Positions 23,411 through 30,731 of a DNA stretch of 32,000 nucleotides are shown here, in pieces; positions within the stretch are counted from its first letter, which is position 1, and each line of letters begins with the position of its first letter. The notes under the pieces are model-generated. The model ran no database searches. It worked only from the letters and a program-made list of their open reading frames with translations, and was not told the DNA's origin. The DNA is from Candidatus Nanopusillus sp. (lineage in GTDB: Archaea > Nanobdellota > Nanobdellia > Nanobdellales > Nanobdellaceae). The DNA lies in assembly GCA_028275885.1 (NCBI GenBank), contig JAPWTW010000005.1:1-32000 (forward strand), written 5' to 3'. Both the position numbers and the translations under genes were made by a program.

Positions 23411-24016
23411 ATGATTAAAAAATATAGGTATATTGCAATTGAAGGGATTGATGGATCTGGAAAAACAACAATTGCAAATTTATTATACAATAAGTTATCT
23501 ATAAAATATAATAAGGTAATACTAATGAAAGAACCATATGATAACGATTTATCTAAAAAAATAAAGGAAATAATTTTAAAAGAGCATGAAAAGAATTTAG
23601 ATTATGGATATTTATTGGCACTATTATTTACTGCTGATAGAAGTATAAAAAATATTGATTTAAAGAAATATTTAAATAATAATTATATTATTATTTCTGA
23701 TAGAAGTATTTATTCTACATTTTCTTATCAAATTTTATATGAAGGAATGGATATTAATTGGTTAAAATGTATATCAAAACATATAATTAGACCTGATATT
23801 ACTTTTATATTGGATATTGATCCTAAAATTGCGATAGAAAGAATAAATTTGAGGGGTAAAAATATTACAAATTATGAAAATATTGAAGTCTTAAAAAAAG
23901 TGAGAGAAAATTTCTTAAAGTTAAAGGAAATATTTCCAGAAGATAATATAGTTTATATTAATGGAGAAGAAAAACCTGAAGAAATATTGAATAAAATATT
24001 AAATATAATAGAATAA
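23411..24016 (+). CDS. tmk: Thymidylate kinase (dTMP kinase)
   Basis: The P-loop YIAIEGIDGSGKTT is present, along with LLFTADR (DR motif), ISDRSIYSTFSYQ, and the lid-like RINLRGKN. Size is 201 aa. Confidence 0.85.
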   Translation: MIKKYRYIAIEGIDGSGKTTIANLLYNKLSIKYNKVILMKEPYDNDLSKKIKEIILKEHEKNLDYGYLLALLFTADRSIKNIDLKKYLNNNYIIISDRSIYSTFSYQILYEGMDINWLKCISKHIIRPDITFILDIDPKIAIERINLRGKNITNYENIEVLKKVRENFLKLKEIFPEDNIVYINGEEKPEEILNKILNIIE

Positions 24017-24472
24017 AAAAAATATGTAAAAAATAATAGATAGGATTATAGAAAATAATGCATCTGATAACCAATGTTTTAAAGTAATGATTCTTAATAT
24101 TGGAGTTATTAATACTAAAATATTTCTTGTTATTATAAAAGATAAAGTTGCGATAATTGTATGCTCACTTGGAAAAGAATGGTTTTCATAAACTAATATA
24201 GCAAATCTTTTATCAAAATAATAATAAGGTCTTTTTCTATTAACTATTATTTTTAAAAAATAAGTTATTGCAGTAGATGCAATAAAAAGAAAAATATAAT
24301 TAAAATTAATAAAAAATATTATATAAAAGATAAAAGATAAATTTATTAAATATGAAATTGTATCAATTATATAAACAATATTTAATCTATCTCTCAATTT
24401 TCTATAAAAAAATTCTGATATTTTATAATCAATCATAAATATTTTATTAAAGAACTTTAAATCATTATTCAT
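23999..24472 (-). CDS. PAP2-superfamily membrane phosphatase (polyprenyl-diphosphate phosphatase-like)
   Basis: Multi-TM protein with the three PAP2 motifs in order: KIIVNRKRPYY (KxxxxxxRP), SFPSEHT (PSGH-like), and TLKHWLSDALFS (SRxxxxxHxxxD-like, degenerate). It overlaps tmk convergently by 18 nt. Confidence 0.65.
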   Translation of the reverse strand: MNNDLKFFNKIFMIDYKISEFFYRKLRDRLNIVYIIDTISYLINLSFIFYIIFFINFNYIFLFIASTAITYFLKIIVNRKRPYYYFDKRFAILVYENHSFPSEHTIIATLSFIITRNILVLITPILRIITLKHWLSDALFSIILSIIFYIFFLFYYI

Positions 24473-24779
24473 AAAATTTTTATATAAATCATATTTTTTT
24501 AATCTATAAAGGTTCTCTTATATTAATAAAAAAATTATATTATTATTTACTTATGAAAAAATAAATTCAAACCAAAAAATATTTAATCAAAATATTTTTA
24601 AATCCTTTCATAAATTTCAATATTACAATTTATAGAAGATTTTTACATATTTAATAACCATTTCCATCTAGATTTCATGTAATAATATTTAAATCATTAC
24701 AATTTATTAAATTAGATACTCTAATTAATGATCTAATTTCTCTTCTAATATATTTCATCTATATTACTTATAAGAAACT

Positions 24780-26555
24780 TCAATTAATTCTTTTTTTTCT
24801 ATTTAAATAATCCTTAATAAAATTATATAATTCTTCTCCAATTTTTTTCTCATTTTCTTTCATAACCTTAGACAAATCTTTTATTATTTCCACATTTTCT
24901 TCAATTATTTTTTCCTTTAAACTTATATCTGGTTTATTTTCTAATTTTTCCAGATTTTCTTCCATTTTTCTTGTAAAGTTTATGTCTAAAATATCTGGAT
25001 AATATTTCTCAAATATTTCAATAATCTTTTTTCCCAATTCAGTTATTTTTATTGATCTACCTTCAACATATTTTCTTTTAAATAGTATTTCAACAATATC
25101 TGCCCTTGTACTTTTTGTTCCTAAATTTAATTCCTCCATTTTTTTAACTAAAGAAGCTTTATTATATCTTGCAGGCGGTCTTGTTTTTCTCTTTAATATA
25201 TTAACTTTATCTACTAACAATTTTTCTCCTGTATTAAATTTTAAAGAAATAAAATTATTCTTATATATTTCCCAATAAACATCTAACCATCCTTTATATT
25301 TTATATCATAATAATTATAGACAAAATTTTCTTTTGTAATAACATCTATTTTATACAATATTGCTGGATCATAAAATGTTGAAATAAATCTCCTAACTAC
25401 CAAATCATAAATTAATTTTTCCTTATAATCTAAATATTCTGGAATATATCCTGTAGGATGTATTGCTGGATGTGCATCATCTTTAGGTCCATTATTTGGT
25501 TTTAAAATTTGTTTTCCCAATAAGAGAATTATATATTTTTTATAAGAATTTATTGATGATAAATTTGATAATATTTCCCTAAAATTAATTGTTTCTGGTA
25601 GTCTTTGAGAAGATGTTCTTGGATATGATATATAACCTTTTTCATATAAAGATTGTAAAATATCTAAAGTCCTCTTTGGACTAATTTTATAATATTTATA
25701 TGAATCCATTTGTATATCTGTTAAATTATATGGATGTGGAGGATTTATTTTTTCCTCTTTTTTCTCTATATTATTTATAATTAGATATTTTCCTATATTA
25801 TTTTTTATTTTATTTGCTTCATCTTTATCCTTTATTTTGTCTTTTATATATGAAAATTTTAATTTTTTATCATCTTTTATAACCAAAGCTTCAACTTTAT
25901 AATATTCTTCAGGTTTAAAGTTTTCAATTTCATTTTCTCTATTGAATACTAACATTAATGTCGGACCCTGAACTCTTCCAATACTTAAAACAAATTTTCT
26001 AGTATAATAAAATAATGATTTTGTTAATGCTCTAGATAAATTTATACCATATAACCAATCTATTATATGTCTTGTTTCTCCAGCATATACATATCCAAAA
26101 TTTAAACTTTCTTTCCTATTATTAAAAGCTCTAATTATATCTTTATATGTTATTGCAGAAAATATCATTCTATCTGAATTTTCTTTATTTAATACATATC
26201 TTAAAATATTATAACCTATTAATTCCCCTTCTATATCATAATCTGTTGCAATTATTATTTCATTCTCATTTTTAAATTTACTAAACATTTCAATATAATA
26301 TTTTTTTGCAATAATCCCATCCTCAAAATATGATGGAACCCACCTATAATTGAATGTAGGATAATCATATTCTTTATTTAAATCTGATAATGTAAATAAA
26401 TGACCAATTGATGGAACAACATATATATTTTTTCCCTCCTGATTAAAATAATAATAATATATATTTTTTGAAAATCTTATTTTTCTATACTTATTATTTG
26501 ATAAGAATGATGAAATCTTTCTAGCTACAGATGGTTTTTCTGCTATTATTAACAT
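24780..26555 (-). CDS. topA: DNA topoisomerase type IA (TopA/Topo III-like core, no C-terminal zinc ribbons)
   Basis: The TOPRIM domain is present (MLIIAEKPSVARKI, acidic cluster IIATDYDIEGELIG). Also present: GETRHIIDWLYGINLSRALT, SIGRVQGPTL, the active-site Tyr in GYISYPRTSSQRL, HPAIHPT, and LGTKSTRADIVEILFKRKYV. The start overlaps the upstream stop (TAATG). Confidence 0.9.
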   Translation of the reverse strand: MLIIAEKPSVARKISSFLSNNKYRKIRFSKNIYYYYFNQEGKNIYVVPSIGHLFTLSDLNKEYDYPTFNYRWVPSYFEDGIIAKKYYIEMFSKFKNENEIIIATDYDIEGELIGYNILRYVLNKENSDRMIFSAITYKDIIRAFNNRKESLNFGYVYAGETRHIIDWLYGINLSRALTKSLFYYTRKFVLSIGRVQGPTLMLVFNRENEIENFKPEEYYKVEALVIKDDKKLKFSYIKDKIKDKDEANKIKNNIGKYLIINNIEKKEEKINPPHPYNLTDIQMDSYKYYKISPKRTLDILQSLYEKGYISYPRTSSQRLPETINFREILSNLSSINSYKKYIILLLGKQILKPNNGPKDDAHPAIHPTGYIPEYLDYKEKLIYDLVVRRFISTFYDPAILYKIDVITKENFVYNYYDIKYKGWLDVYWEIYKNNFISLKFNTGEKLLVDKVNILKRKTRPPARYNKASLVKKMEELNLGTKSTRADIVEILFKRKYVEGRSIKITELGKKIIEIFEKYYPDILDINFTRKMEENLEKLENKPDISLKEKIIEENVEIIKDLSKVMKENEKKIGEELYNFIKDYLNRKKRIN

Positions 26556-27631
26556 TAATTATATTTCTTAAATAATTCTATATAATTTTCGCATATCTTT
26601 TTTTCAATATTATTTTCATCATAACAAATACCAAATCTTCCTACTTTCTTCTTCCATTCATTTACTATATCTCCAAATGTCCAAATAAATACTCTAATAT
26701 CAGGAGAGATCTCTTTTATATTTTTTATTGACTCTTCAATATATTTATATCTAATTTTTTCTTCCTCATAACTTTTAGCATATAGACCTGTTTCTGTTAT
26801 CCAAATATCACTAACTCCTGATAATTTTTTATAATGAAATATTACATTTTGAATATCCTTTGGATTATATGAATTTATTATCCCAAATAATTTACTTCCA
26901 AGATAATTTTTTCCATATGAATTAAATCCATAAGTTCCATAATAATTTATATCTAATATGTCATAAAGATTTCTCAATTTTCTAACCTGATCTTCAAAAG
27001 ATTTCAGGAATTTATTAAGTATTTTTCCTATATTTTTTGGATAAAGAGAAAAAACATTAAAATGTATTATCTTTTCTCCTTTGAATTCATCATAAATATA
27101 TTCTTGTATTTCTTCTACATTTTCTAAAAATATATTTAGATAAAAAATTCCCTTTGGATTTATTTGAATATTTATCCAATATGCATTTATTGGCTCATTT
27201 ATAGGGGATATATGTTTCACATAGCTAAATATTTCTTTTATATTTTCTATATGATTTATAAAATACTTTGGAAAATCCTTATCAAAAATGTTTGGCCAAT
27301 TTTTTGGATATGTAAAATGCAATAATACTAATAATACATCAATTCCTTGATTTCTATATTGTTCTAATAAATATAGAATGTTTTTTAATTTATTTTTATC
27401 TATTTTTCCATCTAAATTTTCTATATATGATGGTAAATAAGATAATCTAACATTTTTTATATTATATTTTAATGTTGATAGTTCTATTAATTTATCTAAA
27501 TCTAATTTATTATCTAAATCTATATTATTTCCTCTATTATCTAAAAATCTATATTTTTTATATATTATATCATTCTCCAGATTTGATTCTCTAGCAATCT
27601 GAACTAAACTATAAGATATACCTATAGTCAT
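26555..27631 (-). CDS. Minimal glycoside hydrolase family 1-like (clan GH-A TIM barrel) protein, 358 aa
   Basis: GH1 motifs occur in canonical order: NVRLSYLPSYI (R.S..WsRi), QGIDVLLVLLHFTYPKNW (GI.P.vTL.HfD.P.W), the acid/base ISPINEPINAY (T.NEP), the nucleophile IWITETGLY (ItENG), and FIWTFGDIVNEWKKKVGRFGICYDENN (W...DN.EW..GY..RFGl..VD). It is roughly 100 aa shorter than typical GH1 enzymes. Confidence 0.65.
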   Translation of the reverse strand: MTIGISYSLVQIARESNLENDIIYKKYRFLDNRGNNIDLDNKLDLDKLIELSTLKYNIKNVRLSYLPSYIENLDGKIDKNKLKNILYLLEQYRNQGIDVLLVLLHFTYPKNWPNIFDKDFPKYFINHIENIKEIFSYVKHISPINEPINAYWINIQINPKGIFYLNIFLENVEEIQEYIYDEFKGEKIIHFNVFSLYPKNIGKILNKFLKSFEDQVRKLRNLYDILDINYYGTYGFNSYGKNYLGSKLFGIINSYNPKDIQNVIFHYKKLSGVSDIWITETGLYAKSYEEEKIRYKYIEESIKNIKEISPDIRVFIWTFGDIVNEWKKKVGRFGICYDENNIEKKICENYIELFKKYN

Positions 27632-27653
27632 TGATATATATTATTTTTACCAC

Positions 27654-27661
27654 TTATATAA
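27654..27661 (-). promoter_or_regulatory. TATA-box candidate for the GH1-like/topA pair
   Basis: TTATATAA (identical to its own reverse complement) lies at -30..-23 from the ATG at 27631. Confidence 0.45.
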
Positions 27662-27738
27662 GATGCTGAATATGTATTATAAATTTTTATATTTCCAACC
27701 TGTTTATTCCTATATTTATCAATGCAGTCATTATATAA

Positions 27739-29466
27739 ATGAAAAAGCTCCATTACTATATAGTATTATTCTTATCCTCTGTTATAGTTCCTGGAATACC
27801 TTTTCTTATATTATTAATGAATACTCAATATATAAGTATCCAATATTTTTTAATATCTTCAATTCCGATCATTTTAACATTTATTTTATTGTCATATTTA
27901 TTTAGAGATTCTATAACAAGAGATCCAAATCCTTTAGGAATATTTCACTATATATCCAAACTTTCAAAGTATTTATTACCAACTTTTGGATTTTTTTATT
28001 ATTTATCAATAATATCATTTATTTCTTCTGAATTATTGTTAATAAATGATTATTTCAAAATTATAAATCCATTTTTGTTTTTAATACCATATATAATAAT
28101 ATTTACCTTTTTAATATTCAATTTGCTTAATATAGATATTGAAAGTAAAATACAGGAAATTATTTCATATATTTCTATTATATCTTCCATTATTTTAATT
28201 TTGTTTTTTATATTCCCAATAAATATAAATATTCAATACAATTCAATAGACCCTTTTTTGTTTGTAATAACATATAATATATCAATATTTTCTGGTCTAG
28301 ACATACTTACATATTATTCTAATTATTCAAATAATAGAAAAACTGGAAATGCTACTTTTTATGGGACACTACTTCTCTCAATATTTTCTATATTATTATA
28401 TATAAGTTTACTAAATATTAAAATAAAAAATATTAGCAATATAATTCTTTTAATATTTTTACCAATCGGTATATATTCCACATATATATGGTTTTATACT
28501 GCAAACAAAATATTAGAAAATATATCAGAGAACAAATTGATATCATATTTCTTTAGAATAAAAAATAATAGAGGTTCCCCAATTTTTAATGTATTTCTAT
28601 CTACATTCATTATTTTAATATTTTTATTCTTGAACAATTTTAATTATTTATTATCCTTCTTCTCATCCTTTACAATCATTATATACATACTATATATAAT
28701 ATCTTATATAAAGATTAAAGTAGAAGGAAAAAGCATACATAAGTGGAGGTTAATAAAAATATTTCTTGCTGTTTTTTCAATGACAACTTTATTTTATTTA
28801 TTATTGTATGATTTTCTAAATAATATATATGCAATTATACCAACTTTTTCAATATCTATTACCATATTAATAATAACATTAAATATAACATGGAAGAAAA
28901 ATATAAAATTTGTTAAATTCTACTTTTCTAAATTATATTTCATTCCATATTTAATTAGAAAAAGAAGATATAAAGAAGATATAAAGATAATTGAATATTA
29001 TGTAAAAGATGGATATAAAATATTAGATTTTGGACCATTTCTTAGTGATATATCTATATACATTGCAAAAAAATATAATGTAAAAGTTTATGCTTTAGAT
29101 ATATCGGAAAAAATTGTAAGAAAATTACAGAAAAAAACAAAAAATCTGAACAACTTTTTTGTATATATTGCAAAAAAAGATGAAATTCCAAAAATATTTC
29201 ATAATAGCATTGATTTAATAATTATATATGAAACATTAAAGTTCATTATAGATAAAAATAAATTTGTAAAAAGTATATATAGAACATTAAAAAATAATGG
29301 ATATTTAATATCAATAACTTATGCCAATTTTCTAGAAAAAAAAGATATTAAAGAGGAAATTAAAAAAATAAGAGAATTACTTGAATATCATAATATAAGA
29401 ACATTATTGATAAAATCTCACAAAGGATTATATACTAAATATATATTAATAGGTAAAAAAATTTAA
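27739..29466 (+). CDS. Fusion protein: APC-superfamily-like polytopic transporter domain plus C-terminal class I SAM-methyltransferase-like domain
   Basis: Residues ~1-400 contain about 12 hydrophobic helices. APC-like landmarks are IFSGLDILTYYSNYSNNRKTGNATFYGTLLLSIFSILLYISLL (cf. af.Gfe.....aeE.knP.r.iP.Ai......v..lY.l) and FRIKNNRGSPIFNVFLS (cf. k.g.P..a.l). The C-terminus has MTase-like strands KILDFGPFLSDISIYIA, VKVYALDISEKIV, IDLIIIYETLKFI and LKNNGYLI, but the Gly-rich SAM loop is degenerate (DFGPFLSD instead of D.G.G.G). Confidence 0.55.
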   Translation: MKKLHYYIVLFLSSVIVPGIPFLILLMNTQYISIQYFLISSIPIILTFILLSYLFRDSITRDPNPLGIFHYISKLSKYLLPTFGFFYYLSIISFISSELLLINDYFKIINPFLFLIPYIIIFTFLIFNLLNIDIESKIQEIISYISIISSIILILFFIFPININIQYNSIDPFLFVITYNISIFSGLDILTYYSNYSNNRKTGNATFYGTLLLSIFSILLYISLLNIKIKNISNIILLIFLPIGIYSTYIWFYTANKILENISENKLISYFFRIKNNRGSPIFNVFLSTFIILIFLFLNNFNYLLSFFSSFTIIIYILYIISYIKIKVEGKSIHKWRLIKIFLAVFSMTTLFYLLLYDFLNNIYAIIPTFSISITILIITLNITWKKNIKFVKFYFSKLYFIPYLIRKRRYKEDIKIIEYYVKDGYKILDFGPFLSDISIYIAKKYNVKVYALDISEKIVRKLQKKTKNLNNFFVYIAKKDEIPKIFHNSIDLIIIYETLKFIIDKNKFVKSIYRTLKNNGYLISITYANFLEKKDIKEEIKKIRELLEYHNIRTLLIKSHKGLYTKYILIGKKI

Positions 29467-29470
29467 TATA

Positions 29471-30481
29471 ATGATAAATTATTTTGAATTAAAGAAATGG
29501 TATAATGAAAATGCTGAAAAAATAAATAATTCTATAGTAAAAAATATATATAATATTGAAGATGGAATTGTTTTTGAATTATATAAACCAGGTTTGGAAA
29601 ATAGATTTTTATATATAATTCCAGGAAAAATTGTTTTTTTATATAATGTTAAAGAAAGGGAAGAAACAAATAATTTTACATTAAAATTAAGGAAAGATTT
29701 TAATGAAACAAAAATAAATATTGAAATAGATAATAATGATAAGATTATAATAATAAAAAATAATGAAAGAAAATTATATATAGAGCTTTTTCCAAATGGA
29801 TTATTAATTGTAACAGATTATAATGATATAATTTTATATGCAAATCAATATAAAAACTTTGGAGTAAGAAAAATATTTAGAAATGAAAAATATATAAAAC
29901 CTCCAGGTTCCGTAAATATTATAAATAATATAAATGATTTTTTTGAAAAAGTAAATAATACAAATAAAAAAGATGTTGTAAGATTTTTAGCAATAGATCT
30001 ATCTTTAGGAGGAAAATATTCTGAATATATAGTAAAAAAAGCAAATGTTGATAAAAATAAAAGTCCAAAAGAACTAAATAAAGAAGAAATAGAAAAAATA
30101 TATAATATTTATAATGAAATAGTAAACTTAAAGATTATAATAGATGAAAATGGAAATATTATTGATGATATAAATAAATATTTCATAAATCTTTATTTAA
30201 ATAGTAGAGAAAATAGAAGAATAAAGAAACTAAATGAAGAAAAAGAAAAAATAAAAAGAATAATAGAAGAGCAAAAAAGATATTTGGATGAAATTAATAA
30301 AGAAATTAATAGGTTAGAAAAAATTGGCGAATTTTTAAACATATACTCGTGGATATTTAAAGATTATGACAAAAACAATATAATAAAAAATTTTAGAGAA
30401 ATTAATATTAATATAGATATTAAAAAGGATGATAAATATTTAATTATTAATATAGATGATAAATATTTAGAGAATAAATAA
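29471..30481 (+). CDS. NFACT-N (Rqc2/NEMF/FbpA-like) protein, N-terminal half only: NFACT-N plus HhH plus coiled coil, no NFACT-R/DUF814
   Basis: IVKNIYNIEDGIVFELYK.....FLYIIPGKIVFLYNVK.......FTLKLRKDFNETKINIEIDNNDKIIIIK...RKLYIELFPNGLLIVTDYNDIILYAN...Y.KPP follows the FbpA/NFACT-N pattern. VVRFLAIDLSLGGKYSEYIVKKANVD is HhH-like. A Lys/Glu coiled coil follows. At 336 aa it is about half the length of archaeal homologues as I recall them. Confidence 0.6.
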   Translation: MINYFELKKWYNENAEKINNSIVKNIYNIEDGIVFELYKPGLENRFLYIIPGKIVFLYNVKEREETNNFTLKLRKDFNETKINIEIDNNDKIIIIKNNERKLYIELFPNGLLIVTDYNDIILYANQYKNFGVRKIFRNEKYIKPPGSVNIINNINDFFEKVNNTNKKDVVRFLAIDLSLGGKYSEYIVKKANVDKNKSPKELNKEEIEKIYNIYNEIVNLKIIIDENGNIIDDINKYFINLYLNSRENRRIKKLNEEKEKIKRIIEEQKRYLDEINKEINRLEKIGEFLNIYSWIFKDYDKNNIIKNFREININIDIKKDDKYLIINIDDKYLENK

Positions 30482-30484
30482 ATC

Positions 30485-30503
30485 TTTTTTTCTTTTATTT
30501 TTT
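30485..30503 (+). terminator. Clustered oligo-T tracts (T7, T4, T6) after the NFACT-N gene
   Basis: TTTTTTTCTTTTATTTTTT begins 4 nt after the stop at 30479-30481. Archaeal RNAP terminates at such runs. Confidence 0.35.
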
Positions 30504-30574
30504 GTAAAATTTCTCTTTTTGAAACTTATATATTTACCCAATAAATATATAAATTTTTTTAGTAAAAATTATTA

Positions 30575-30730
30575 ATGGTAGAACAATATATGGCATACTG
30601 CGTCAGATGCAAGAAAAAAGTGCCAGTACAGAATCCACAAAAGGTTACATTGAAAAATGGAAGGACAGCAATAAAAGGAACATGTCCATATTGTGGTGGA
30701 ATAGTATATGTGTTTGTTAAGTCTGAATAG
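30575..30730 (+). CDS. Unlisted small ORF: 51-aa DUF5679-like zinc-ribbon protein (MVEQYMAYCVRCKKKVPVQNPQKVTLKNGRTAIKGTCPYCGGIVYVFVKSE)
   Basis: Hand-translated: ATG at 30575-30577, TAG at 30728-30730. C-x2-C ... KNGR.A.KG.C..CG matches my memory of DUF5679. ATATATAA lies at -30..-23 (30545-30552). It is GC-richer than flanking spacer. It falls below the size cut-off of the supplied track. Confidence 0.6.
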   Translation: MVEQYMAYCVRCKKKVPVQNPQKVTLKNGRTAIKGTCPYCGGIVYVFVKSE

Positions 30731-30731
30731 G

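Noticed and set aside
24473-24779. Search for an ncRNA or small gene in the 307-nt spacer (for example the 27-codon minus ORF MKYIRREIRSLIRVSNLINCNDLNIIT starting near 24767)
   Set aside because: There is no GC-rich structured segment, no phased TATA box for the mini-ORF, and no recognisable motif. It is kept only as a 'long spacer' observation.
24780-26555. Idea that the 591-aa topoisomerase is the C-terminal half of a split reverse gyrase (as in N. equitans)
   Set aside because: The N-terminus is the LIIAEKPS-type TOPRIM of TopA/Topo III enzymes rather than the ESP.KA-type found in reverse gyrase topoisomerase modules. No helicase-like half is adjacent. Whether it is the Topo III or Topo I subtype cannot be settled without alignment.
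27663-27905. 80-aa plus-strand ORF overlapping the start of the 575-aa transporter fusion in another frame
   Set aside because: It is fully explained as an alternative-frame artefact. The 27739 start has a TATA-like element (TATATTTA at -28..-21) and continues into a long coherent membrane protein.
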